From NCBI GenBank assembly GCA_963813155.1, contig CAWEYG010000002.1, positions 576,001 through 640,000 of the forward strand: a DNA stretch of 64,000 nt, in the 5' to 3' direction. Shown in pieces: positions 39,746 to 48,865 of this stretch. Within the stretch, counting starts at the first letter, position 1. Every line of letters starts with the position of its first letter. This DNA is from an uncultured Acidobacteriota bacterium (lineage in GTDB: Bacteria > Acidobacteriota > Thermoanaerobaculia > UBA5066 > DATFVB01). Made by a program: the position numbers and the translations under genes. The notes under the pieces are model-generated. The model saw only the letters and a list, made by a program, of their open reading frames with translations, searched no databases and was not told the origin of the DNA.

Positions 39746-41191
39746 TTACAGCTTGAGGCAGATGTTCTTGGCTTCGGTGAAGAAGTCGAGCGAGTCGAAG
39801 CCGCCCTCGCGTCCGACGCCGCTGTCTTTCATTCCTCCAAAGGGGACGCGAAGGTCGCGCAGCAGCCAGGTATTGACCCAGACCGTCCCGCAGTCGATCG
39901 CCGCGGCGACGCGGTGGGCCTTGCCGACGTCGCGCGTCCACACGCTCGCGGAAAGGCCGTAGCGCGAGCCGTTCGCGAAGGCGATCGCTTCGTCGGGGGA
40001 ATCGAACGGCGTCACGGTGACGACGGGGCCGAAGATCTCCTCCTGGAGGACGCGGCATTCGACGCCGAGCCCGACAACGACGGCGGGCTCGAGGAAATAG
40101 CCGCCCCGAACGCGTTCCGGGAGTTCGGCCGGAGGTTTCCCTCCGCAGAGGACCTCGCCCCCCTCCTGCTTCGCGAGCTCGACGTAGCCGGAGACTTTCT
40201 CCCGGTGCGCCCGGCTGATCAGCGCGCCCACTTCCGTCGCCGGGTCCCGCGGGTCGCCGACCTGGAGCCTCTTTGCCCGCGCGAGGAATCGGTCGAGGAA
40301 CTCGGAGTAGATCTCTCTCTCGACGAAGATCCGCGAGCCGCACAGGCAGATCTCCCCCTGGTTCGCGAAGCTCGATGAGATCGACGTGGCCACGGCTTCC
40401 TCGAGGTCCGCGTCGGCGAAGACGATATTCGGGTTCTTTCCCCCGAGCTCGAGCGAGACTTTCTTGAAGAGCGGCCCGGCCTGCGCCATCACGTCCGCGC
40501 CCGTCTTCGTCCCGCCGGTGAACGAGATCAGGGGAACGCCGGGGTGCGCCGTGAGCGCGCGTCCGGCGACGGCTCCCCGGCCGTGGACGACGTTGATCAC
40601 GCCGGGCGGAATTTCCGCTTCCCGCGCCAGCTCGGCCAGCCGGTTCGCCGTCAGCGGCGTGAGCTCCGAAGGCTTCGCGACGCAGCAGTTGCCGGCCGCG
40701 ATGGCGGGCGCGATCTTCCAGGTCAGCAGGTACAGCGGAAGGTTCCAGGGCGAAATCAGGCCGGCGACGCCGAGCGGCTGACGAAGCGTGTAGTTGAGCG
40801 CGCCGCCGTCCATCGGGTGGCACTTCGTCTCGGCATGGAGGATCGCGGTCGCGAAGAATCGGAAGTTTCGGATCGCGCGCGGAATGTCGAGCCGCCGCGC
40901 GAGAGAGATGGGCTTTCCGCTATCCTCGGATTCCAGCGAGGCCAGCTCGTCGAAATTCTCCTCGATGAGGTCGGCGAGCCGCAGCAAAAGCCTCGAGCGA
41001 TCTTCGGCGGGCGTCGCGCGCCAGGCCGGGAACGCGCGGGCCGCGGCGGCGACGGCCGCGTCGACGTCGGTCCCGTCGCTGTCGGCGATTTCGGCGATCC
41101 CCTCGCCGGTCGCGGGGTTCACGTCCTCCAGAAACTTGCCGGAGCAGGGCGGGCGAAACTCGCCGCCGATGAAATTGAAGACGCGTTTCAC
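39746..41191 (-). CDS. 2-aminomuconate-semialdehyde dehydrogenase (ALDH8A1-like)
   Basis: PWNLPLYLLTWKIAPA, LELGGKNP, NQGEICLCGSR, EIFGPV; kynurenine cluster context. Confidence 0.88.
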   Translation of the reverse strand: MKRVFNFIGGEFRPPCSGKFLEDVNPATGEGIAEIADSDGTDVDAAVAAAARAFPAWRATPAEDRSRLLLRLADLIEENFDELASLESEDSGKPISLARRLDIPRAIRNFRFFATAILHAETKCHPMDGGALNYTLRQPLGVAGLISPWNLPLYLLTWKIAPAIAAGNCCVAKPSELTPLTANRLAELAREAEIPPGVINVVHGRGAVAGRALTAHPGVPLISFTGGTKTGADVMAQAGPLFKKVSLELGGKNPNIVFADADLEEAVATSISSSFANQGEICLCGSRIFVEREIYSEFLDRFLARAKRLQVGDPRDPATEVGALISRAHREKVSGYVELAKQEGGEVLCGGKPPAELPERVRGGYFLEPAVVVGLGVECRVLQEEIFGPVVTVTPFDSPDEAIAFANGSRYGLSASVWTRDVGKAHRVAAAIDCGTVWVNTWLLRDLRVPFGGMKDSGVGREGGFDSLDFFTEAKNICLKL

Positions 41192-41222
41192 CCGCCGATT
41201 CTATTCCGAGTAGGATCTACCG

Positions 41223-42320
41223 ATGCCCAAGCCGAGCGAGCCCCTTTATTACGCGGACTACATCCAGCTCGAAAAACTGCTCGACTGCCAGCGGCTCGAA
41301 AGCGAGCGGCGCGGCCGCCTCGCCCACGACGAGATGCTGTTCGTCATCGTTCACCAGACCTACGAGCTGTGGTTCAAGCAAGTCCTCTGGGAGCTCGACG
41401 CCGTGCTCGCGTTCTTCCGGAACCCGACCGTGCAGGAGGAGGACGTGGGCCGAGCCGTCTCCCACTTCGCCCGCATTGTCGAGATCCAGCGCGTCCTGAT
41501 CCAGCAGGTCGACGTGCTCGAGACGATGACGCCGCTCGATTTTCTCGAGTTCCGGGACGTTCTGATTCCCGCTTCGGGAGTCCAGAGCGTTCAGTTCCGC
41601 CTCGTCGAGAACAAGATGGGACTCCGGCGCGAGAACCGCCTCCAGCTGAGCGACGCCCCCTACACGTCCCGATTCCGCCCGGAAGATCAAGCGCGGCTCG
41701 AGGCCTCGGAGAAGGAGCCTTCCCTGTTCGATCTTCTCCAGGGCTGGCTCGAGCGCACCCCTTTCCTGAGCTTCGGCGGATTCGACTTCTGGCGGGAGTA
41801 CCGGCAGGCCGTCGACGCGATGCTCGCGGCCGATCGCGAATCGATCCGGAACAATCCGACTCTGACCGAGAAAGAGAAGTCCACGCAGCTCGCCGGGCTG
41901 GAGGCCACCGGGCGGCGTTTCGAGGACGTCTTCGGAGAATCCGCCGGCGCGCCCGCCGCGGAGGCCCCGGGACCGGGGCCGCGTTTCTCGCGGCGCGCGC
42001 TCCAGGCGGCCCTCCTGATCCATCTCTACCGCGACGAGCCGATCCTCCACCTGCCCTTCCGGCTCCTGACCCTCGTCACGGACATGGAACGGAATTTCAC
42101 GACGTGGCGCCAGCGCCATGCGCAAATGGCGCAGCGCATGATCGGCACGCGGATCGGCACCGGGGGAAGCTCCGGAAGCGAGTACCTCGGCAGGGCGGCC
42201 GAACGTCACCGGGTCTTCGGGGACCTCGTCGGCCTCTCGTCGTTCTTCATCCCGCGGTCGGCCCTGCCGAAGCTTCCGGCCGAAGTGAAGGGAACGATGG
42301 GCTTCAACTTTCCGCGATGA
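41223..42320 (+). CDS. kynA: Tryptophan 2,3-dioxygenase (long type)
   Basis: HDEMLFVIVHQTYELWFKQ, PASGVQSVQFR, RMIG..GTGGSSG. Confidence 0.93.
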   Translation: MPKPSEPLYYADYIQLEKLLDCQRLESERRGRLAHDEMLFVIVHQTYELWFKQVLWELDAVLAFFRNPTVQEEDVGRAVSHFARIVEIQRVLIQQVDVLETMTPLDFLEFRDVLIPASGVQSVQFRLVENKMGLRRENRLQLSDAPYTSRFRPEDQARLEASEKEPSLFDLLQGWLERTPFLSFGGFDFWREYRQAVDAMLAADRESIRNNPTLTEKEKSTQLAGLEATGRRFEDVFGESAGAPAAEAPGPGPRFSRRALQAALLIHLYRDEPILHLPFRLLTLVTDMERNFTTWRQRHAQMAQRMIGTRIGTGGSSGSEYLGRAAERHRVFGDLVGLSSFFIPRSALPKLPAEVKGTMGFNFPR

Positions 42321-42684
42321 CCTTGAGCTCGATCGAAATCGGCGTCGGCAGCGCGACGACGCCGACGGTCGTTCTCGCCGGCTGAATCTCGCCGAAGTAT
42401 TCGCCGTAGACCTTGTTGAAGGCCGCGAAGTCTTCGTGAATGTCCGTCAGAAAGACGGTCACGTCGATCACCTTCTCGAGCGAGCTGCCGGCGTCCTCGA
42501 GGATCGCCTTCACGTTCTCGATGCACGACCGCGTCTGCGCCTCGATGCCCTCGGCGATCGCGTCCGTCTTCGAATGCCGCGGCCCGATACCCGAGACGAA
42601 CAGCAGATTTCCGAATCTCCGCGCGTGAGGATACGGCCCCACCGGCCGGGGAGCTCGCTTCGAGACGACGGGACCGTCGGTCAT
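42304..42684 (-). CDS. RidA-family protein, probable 2-aminomuconate deaminase
   Basis: [33 protein letters not shown]; cluster context. Confidence 0.82.
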   Translation of the reverse strand: MTDGPVVSKRAPRPVGPYPHARRFGNLLFVSGIGPRHSKTDAIAEGIEAQTRSCIENVKAILEDAGSSLEKVIDVTVFLTDIHEDFAAFNKVYGEYFGEIQPARTTVGVVALPTPISIELKVIAES

Positions 42685-42718
42685 GGCACCTATAATATCG
42701 GCTTCGCGGGAGGCGGCA

Positions 42719-43237
42719 ATGGAACGGAAGGCGATCAATTTCGCGCGGTGGATCGACGAGCATCGGAAAGACCTCCAACCGCCCGTCTGCAACAAGAAGG
42801 TCTTCGACGAAGACGAATTCATCGTCATGGTCGTCGGCGGCCCAAACAACCGCAAGGATTACCACATCGACGAGGGACCGGAGCTCTTCTACCAGATCGA
42901 GGGCGAGATGGTCTTGAAGACGATCCAGGACGGGCGCGTCGTCGACATTCCGATTCGGGCGGGCGAGATGTACCTGCACCCGCCGCGCGTCCCCCATTCG
43001 CCGCAGCGCATGGCGAATTCCGTCGGCCTCGTCGTCGAGCGCAAGCGCCTTTCCAACGAGAGAGACGGGCTGCAGTGGTATTGCGACAATTGCACGACGC
43101 TCCTCCATGAAGAGTTCTTTCCTCTCCAGAACGTCGAAAAGGACTTCCCGCCCGTCTTCGACCGGTTCTTCGCGAGCGAGAAGCTTCGCACCTGCAAGAA
43201 GTGCGGCACGGTGATGCCTGCCCCGAGCCGCGGATAG
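42719..43237 (+). CDS. nbaC: 3-hydroxyanthranilate 3,4-dioxygenase
   Basis: [24 protein letters not shown], rubredoxin-like CDNC/CKKC. Confidence 0.93.
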   Translation: MERKAINFARWIDEHRKDLQPPVCNKKVFDEDEFIVMVVGGPNNRKDYHIDEGPELFYQIEGEMVLKTIQDGRVVDIPIRAGEMYLHPPRVPHSPQRMANSVGLVVERKRLSNERDGLQWYCDNCTTLLHEEFFPLQNVEKDFPPVFDRFFASEKLRTCKKCGTVMPAPSRG

Positions 43238-43259
43238 CCGCAACTCCTTTGAAGATCAA

Positions 43260-44262
43260 TTGCTGAAAATCGACATCCACACCCACGTCCTTCCCGAGAC
43301 GCTGCCGGACCTCGGCCCGGGTTTCGTCCGCATCGAGCCCTCGTCGCCGGGCCGCGCGCGCATGACGATCGACGGCAAGCTGTTTCGCGAGATCGAAAGC
43401 AACAGCTGGGACCCCGCGACGCGGCTCGCCGAGTGCGACCGCAACGGAGTGAACGTCCAGGTCCTCTCGACCGTTCCGGTGATGTTCGGCTATTGGGCTC
43501 CTCCCCGACGGGCGCTGGAGCTCGCGCGGAGGCTCAACGACCACATCGCGGGGCTGCAGGCAGCGTCATCCGGAGCGCTTCGCGGGCCTCGGGACGATCC
43601 CGATGCAGGATCCGGCGCTCGCGATCGGAGAGCTCGAAAGATGCCGGCACGAGCTGAAACTCTCCGGCGTCCAGATCGGGTCGAACGTCAACGGCGCGAA
43701 CCTCGACAGCCCGGAGGTCTTTCCGATCCTGGAAGCCGCGCGGGATCTTGGCGCCGCCGTCTTCGTCCATCCTTGGGAAATGGTCGGCAGAGAGCGGATG
43801 GCGAAGTACTGGCTTCCCTGGCTCGTCGGGATGCCCGCGGAAACCTCGCTCGCGATCTGCTCGTTGATCTTCGGCGGCGTGCTCGAACGGCTTCCCGGGC
43901 TCCGCATCGCGTTCGCGCACGGCGGCGGGGCGTTCCCCGGAACGTTCGGACGCATCGCGCACGGCTTCGAGGCCCGGCCTGACCTGGTCGCGGTCGACAA
44001 CGCCGTTCCCCCGCGGGAGTACCTCGATCGAATCTACGTCGATTCGCTCGTGAGCGATCCCCTGACGCTCCGCTACCTCGTCGACCGGATGGGCGCCGCG
44101 CGCATCGCGCTCGGGAGCGACTATCCGTTTCCGCTCGGCGAAGCGCGGCCCGGCGAATTGATCGAGGGTTCGGGATTCGACGACGCGACGCGAGCGCGGC
44201 TCCTGCACGGAACCGCGCTCGAATGGCTCGGGCTCTCCGGCGAAAGATTCGGCCTCTCGTGA
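43260..44262 (+). CDS. Aminocarboxymuconate-semialdehyde decarboxylase (ACMSD; frameshift near 43560)
   Basis: IDIHTH, LSTVPVMF; after the shift PMQDP, FVHPW, WLVGMPAET, AHGGG, GSDYPFPLGE. Confidence 0.88.
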
Positions 44263-45551
44263 ACGAGCATTTCGAAACGGGCCGGGATTTCGCGGTCGCG
44301 CTCGATGAGCGAGATCCCCTGCGCGCCTTCCGCGACGAGTTCCTGATTCCAAAGCGCGAGAATGGATCGGACGAAATCTATTTCGCCGGCAACTCGCTCG
44401 GGCTCCTGCCCCGCCGCGCAAGACTCTTCGTAGACGCGGAGCTCGACAAGTGGGGCCGGCTCGCCGTGAAGGCCCATTTTTCGGGGCCGGACCCGTGGAT
44501 GCCGTACCACGAGCTCCTGGCCGCTCCGACGGCCAGCCTCGTGGGCGCCAGCCCCGCGGAGGTCGTGACGATGAACTCGCTCACCGTCAACCTCCATCTC
44601 ATGATGGCGAGCTTCTACCGCCCCACGCGCGAGCGGCACAAGATCCTGATCGAAGATCGCGCGTTTCCCTCCGACGACTACGCCGTCGAGTCCCACGCGG
44701 CCCATCGCGGGTTCGACCCGGCTTCCGCGATCGTGCGCCTGGGACCGCGAGGGGACCGGCCCGGAATCGCGACGGAAGACATCGCCGAAGTCCTCGCGCG
44801 GGACGGCGATTCGATCGCGCTCGTCCTCCTTCCCGGCGTCCAGTACTACACGGGCCAGGCCTTCGACATCGAAGCGATCACGCGGCTCGTCCACGAGAAG
44901 GGGTGTGTGGCGGGGTGGGATCTCGCGCACGCCGCGGGCAACCTCGTCCTGAAACTGCACGACTGGAACGTCGATTTCGCGGTCTGGTGCACGTACAAGT
45001 ACCTGAACAGCGGGCCCGGCTCGGTCGGCGGCTGCTTCGTGCACGAAAGGCATGGCGCGAACTCCACCTCGAACACGGAACTGCCTCGCCTGGCGGGCTG
45101 GTGGGGGCACGACAAGGAATCGCGCTTCCGGATGCAGTCCGGCTTCCGGCCTACTCCGGGCGCCGAGGGGTGGCAGCTGTCGAATCCTCCGATCCTGTCG
45201 CTCGCGGCAATTCGAGCGTCCCTGGAAGTCTTCGGCGCGGCGGGAGGAATGGCGCCCCTCCGCGAGAAATCGATTCGCTTGACCGGATATCTGGAGTGGC
45301 TCCTGAAGAACGAGGTCGGAGACGCGATCGAGATCTTCACGCCGGCGAATCCCGAACAGCGCGGCTGCCAGCTTTCCCTCCGCGTTCGACCGGGCAAAAC
45401 TCCGGGAAAGACGGTCTTCCAGAAAATCGAAGCCGCAGGCGTGACTTGCGACTGGCGCGAGCCGGATGTCATCCGCGTCGCGCCGGTTCCGCTCTACAAC
45501 ACCTACGAGGACGTCCATCGGTTCGTCGAGGTCCTTCGCGAGGCTCTTTGA
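44259..45551 (+). CDS. kynU: Kynureninase
   Basis: GNSLGL, MNSLTVNLHL, DLAHAAGN, WCTYKYLNSGPG, GWWG, SNPP. Confidence 0.94.
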   Translation: MNEHFETGRDFAVALDERDPLRAFRDEFLIPKRENGSDEIYFAGNSLGLLPRRARLFVDAELDKWGRLAVKAHFSGPDPWMPYHELLAAPTASLVGASPAEVVTMNSLTVNLHLMMASFYRPTRERHKILIEDRAFPSDDYAVESHAAHRGFDPASAIVRLGPRGDRPGIATEDIAEVLARDGDSIALVLLPGVQYYTGQAFDIEAITRLVHEKGCVAGWDLAHAAGNLVLKLHDWNVDFAVWCTYKYLNSGPGSVGGCFVHERHGANSTSNTELPRLAGWWGHDKESRFRMQSGFRPTPGAEGWQLSNPPILSLAAIRASLEVFGAAGGMAPLREKSIRLTGYLEWLLKNEVGDAIEIFTPANPEQRGCQLSLRVRPGKTPGKTVFQKIEAAGVTCDWREPDVIRVAPVPLYNTYEDVHRFVEVLREAL

Positions 45552-46930
45552 AGAAGCCCCCCGAAACGAAAGAAATCACTCTCGTCGGCGCTGGCCTGGC
45601 CGGTTCCCTGCTCGCAATTCTTCTGGCTCGGCGCGGCCATCGCGTGACGATCCACGAGAGACGCCCTGACCCGCGCAAAGCAGGAGCATCCCGGGGCCGC
45701 TCGATCAACCTCGCGCTCGCGAACCGCGGAATCCACGCGCTGGAGCAGGCCGGCCTCATGGAACGCCTTCGGGCCGCCCTCATTCCGATGGCGGGACGGA
45801 TGCTGCACGACGAGCAGGGCCGGCTGCAGCTCGTCCCGTACGGCAACAAGCCGCACGAGGTCATCTACTCGGTCTCGCGAGGAGGACTCAACGAGCTGCT
45901 CATGGACGCCGCGGAAGCGACCGGCCGCGTGGCGATCCGGTTCGGGGAGGCGTGCATTGGCGTGGACTTCTCGGGCCGAAAGGTCCGCATCCGATCCGGC
46001 GAGAGCCCGGAGACGCGGGACTTTCCGTACGAAGTCCTGATCGGGACCGACGGAAGCGCGTCGGCGGTGCGCGCGGCGATCCTGGAGAAAACCGGCGGCG
46101 ATCTGGACGACGCTCCTCTCGGCCATGGCTACAAGGAGCTTTCGATCCCCGCGGGATCCGGCGGCGCGTTCCGGATGGAAAAGAACGCGCTCCACATCTG
46201 GCCGCGGGGCGAGTACATGCTGATCGCGCTGCCGAACGCCGACGGCAGCTTCACCGCGACGTTGTTTCTGCCGAACTCCGGAGAGGAAAGCTTCGAAGCG
46301 CTCAAGTCGGAACAAGATGTCTGGCGGCTCTTCGAGCGGCGCTTCGCGGACGCGATTCCTCTCCTCCCCGATTTCGAGGAGCAATTCTTCGAGAACCCCA
46401 CCGGCCACCTCGAGACGATCCGCTGCCGGCCGTGGTCCTTCGAGGATCACGCGCTCGTTCTGGGCGACGCGGCGCACGCGATCGTCCCGTTCCACGGCCA
46501 GGGCGCGAACGCCGCGTTCGAAGACTGCGAGGCGCTCGACGGGCTGCTGGACGAGAAAGACAAGACGTGGGACCAGATCTTTGCGGAATTCGAATCCCTC
46601 CGCCGGCCGAACGCGGACGCGATCGCGGACATGGCGCTGGAGAACTACGTCGAGATGCGCTCGACCGTCCGCGAGCCGCTGTTCCAGCTGAAGAAGGAGA
46701 TCTCGTTCCGGCTGGAGGAGCGCCATCCCCGCCGCTTCATCCCCCGCTACTCGATGGTCATGTTCCACCGCATTCCGTATGCGGAAGCGCAGCGCCTCGG
46801 CGCGATCCAGGCCGGGATCCTCGACGAGCTGACGAAGACCGCGAAGAGCGTGGATCAGGTCGATTTCGCGCTGGCGGATCGGTTGATTGAGGAGAGGATG
46901 GCGGAGGATGTGCTGGGATCGGGGGATTGA
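45548..46930 (+). CDS. kmo: Kynurenine 3-monooxygenase
   Basis: GAGLAG, GRSINLAL, GYKEL, LHIWPRG, GDAAHAIVPFHGQG, ENYVEMR. Confidence 0.93.
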   Translation: MKKPPETKEITLVGAGLAGSLLAILLARRGHRVTIHERRPDPRKAGASRGRSINLALANRGIHALEQAGLMERLRAALIPMAGRMLHDEQGRLQLVPYGNKPHEVIYSVSRGGLNELLMDAAEATGRVAIRFGEACIGVDFSGRKVRIRSGESPETRDFPYEVLIGTDGSASAVRAAILEKTGGDLDDAPLGHGYKELSIPAGSGGAFRMEKNALHIWPRGEYMLIALPNADGSFTATLFLPNSGEESFEALKSEQDVWRLFERRFADAIPLLPDFEEQFFENPTGHLETIRCRPWSFEDHALVLGDAAHAIVPFHGQGANAAFEDCEALDGLLDEKDKTWDQIFAEFESLRRPNADAIADMALENYVEMRSTVREPLFQLKKEISFRLEERHPRRFIPRYSMVMFHRIPYAEAQRLGAIQAGILDELTKTAKSVDQVDFALADRLIEERMAEDVLGSGD

Positions 46931-47138
46931 GGCGAGAATCTCAGCACCTTCACCCCCGAACACACCCATCTCGTGACGCGGCGCGGCGTCTGAATGTCGT
47001 TCAGGCGAGACTAACCTGCTGACACGACACAAACGAGGGATTCCGAGGCGGCGAAGAACGAGGTTGGTCTAGGAGTTCCAGCTCGCGCTCGCCGATCTCA
47101 GCATCGAGTCGGACGATCCATCGAAGCTGGAAACATGA

Positions 47139-47627
47139 ATTCCGTTCGCAGCCTCTCGAGTCTCGCGAGACCTCACGCCAACGCCAGTTCCAATCGACCC
47201 ACTCCCACCGGACCTCAAGTTTCTCACCCGAATCACAAACGGCACCGCCCTCGTTCAGCTCATCATCGGCGCCGAAGCTGTAAATTTCGCCAACGACGAT
47301 CTCACCGACGAACAGAGTATGGAAGTCGCCGGCGTACTCTTCGATCTCATCAAGGACTGGGGAGACATCGCAAGTGAAGTACCGCCAAGCAAACGAATTG
47401 AACTCGCACGCGACCTCGGGGCGCAGTTGGAGACAACCCACGACGCCGGCCTGTGGCTTTTTGCCACCCAAATTCCCTACGTCGTCAGTTTTGAGGACCG
47501 GAAGGCGAAAATTACGGCCACCACTTATTACCTAGCGAAGAGCACGAACCCTGCGATCGTGCACCATGGCTCTGGCAACCCAATACTCCCGATACGGATA
47601 CCTACACCAACCGGCTTCACTATTTGA
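47139..47627 (+). pseudogene. 5'-truncated fragment of a lower-GC gene, resembling a domain found C-terminal in HNH/HTH proteins
   Basis: The frame is open upstream of ATG 47319 (FLTRITNGTALVQLI..DLIKDWGDI) to an in-frame TGA near 47136; composition differs from the flanks; family call from memory only. Confidence 0.45.
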
Positions 47628-47759
47628 AACACAAACTCTGCGGCCCCGGTCGGCCTTTACGGGGGCAGCTCTGGGAAGGTCTTGTTTTCGTGTATTTTCG
47701 CGAGCCAGCAAAACACGCAACCCCTCACCCGATGCGTGTCGCGTACCCGTGGAATCAGC

Positions 47760-48131
47760 CTAAGGTCGAAGCCCGACCCCCAGCGACAGCAGCATCGCGA
47801 CTTCGATGGCGCGGAGCTGCGCGGCCGTGACGCGGCCGAGAGCCCGGCCCCTGAGGCGCGCCTTCGCGATCGTCAAGACCTGTTCGCATTTCACGAAGCC
47901 CGTCTCGCGCAGACCGTTGCCCTTCGTCGGCTCCAGCCGGACGTGAAACGGCACCGGCTTTCCCTTCGTGCTCATCGCGAGAACGATCGTGTTGGGGTAG
48001 CGCGTGCTCGCGTTGCCGGCGTCGTTCTGGATCACGAGCGCGGGGCGCACGCCCGCCTGCTCGGAGCCGCGAGCGGGATTGAAATCGACCATCCAGATCT
48101 CCCCGCGCCGCGGAGAAGGAGGATCACTCAT
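47760..48131 (-). CDS. MazF/PemK-family toxin
   Basis: RRGEIWMVDFNPARGSEQAGVRPALVIQND..CEQVLTI. Confidence 0.92.
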   Translation of the reverse strand: MSDPPSPRRGEIWMVDFNPARGSEQAGVRPALVIQNDAGNASTRYPNTIVLAMSTKGKPVPFHVRLEPTKGNGLRETGFVKCEQVLTIAKARLRGRALGRVTAAQLRAIEVAMLLSLGVGLRP

Positions 48132-48366
48132 TCAAGAGCGCTTCGACCTGAGCGGCGAGCAGCGTTTCGACGCCCGACTCCGACGGATCTCCCGCGAGGA
48201 CGTCGTACGCGGCAGCCAGCCTCTTCGAGGCCGAACGGTGGGCCTTTTCTTCGATCGCGCCCCGCACGAGAACGTTGACGCTCACCCCTTCCATCCGGGC
48301 GAGCCGTTTCGCCGCCTTGTAGACAGGAGCGGGCAGACGAACCGTCAGGGCATGGGCGTGTTCCAT
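48124..48366 (-). CDS. Ribbon-helix-helix antitoxin
   Basis: LTVRLP..AAKRLARMEGVSVNVLV..AIE; overlaps the toxin start. Confidence 0.8.
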   Translation of the reverse strand: MEHAHALTVRLPAPVYKAAKRLARMEGVSVNVLVRGAIEEKAHRSASKRLAAAYDVLAGDPSESGVETLLAAQVEALLNE

Positions 48367-48384
48367 GGGAACCTCCAAAAATTA

Positions 48385-48405
48385 TGGTATCACGCGACGA
48401 TACCA
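48385..48405. promoter_or_regulatory. Putative TA operator
   Basis: Perfect inverted repeat TGGTATC-N7-GATACCA adjacent to a CATAAT -10 on the minus strand. Confidence 0.65.
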
Positions 48406-48776
48406 CCACTCTCCCCCAACATCTCCCTCAGCAGCGACCGGTGGCACGCGGCCTCGTCCGGGCAGTAGCAGCCGACGGAGAAGTTCGTCTCCTTCGAGAG
48501 CGCCGCGAGCAGCGCGAGCAGCCGCTGCGGCGTCGCCGCGGACATTTCCTTCCGGTAGCGGCGGGCGAACTGCTTCCACCGCGCCGGCGTCAGGCCGCCG
48601 TGGGCGAACTTGAGCAACTCGTCGCTCGGCGCCAGCTCCGGCAGCCAGACGTCGTAGAAATTCATCCGAGCGAAATCCTGCTTGCGCACGCCGCGCGGCG
48701 GGCGGCGCACCGTCCCGATCCGCAGGCCTTCGCCCTTCCCCCGCGGCGAGCCGAGCCGGACGATTCGAATTGCCAT
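48390..48776 (-). CDS. DUF488 family protein
   Basis: VRRPPRGVRK..YDVWLPELAPS..C.DEAACHRSLL. Confidence 0.85.
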   Translation of the reverse strand: MAIRIVRLGSPRGKGEGLRIGTVRRPPRGVRKQDFARMNFYDVWLPELAPSDELLKFAHGGLTPARWKQFARRYRKEMSAATPQRLLALLAALSKETNFSVGCYCPDEAACHRSLLREMLGESGGIVA

Positions 48777-48865
48777 ATTCAGGAATCCTAATCGTTTCAC
48801 GCGCCGGGCGAGAGTGCCGCGTTCCGGCCCTGGAAGGATAAAATGCCGCGAACAGGAGATCGCAA

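Noticed and set aside
39696-40823. N-terminal extension of the SBBP ORF (1213 aa)
   Set aside because: It overlaps the dehydrogenase gene out of frame and is Arg/Pro-rich; the signal peptide begins near 39695
43540-43580. Programmed frameshift in ACMSD
   Set aside because: No slippery sequence is visible; it is one of many likely indel errors
47001-47471. 156-aa minus-strand ORF
   Set aside because: Largely antisense to the more protein-like plus-strand frame
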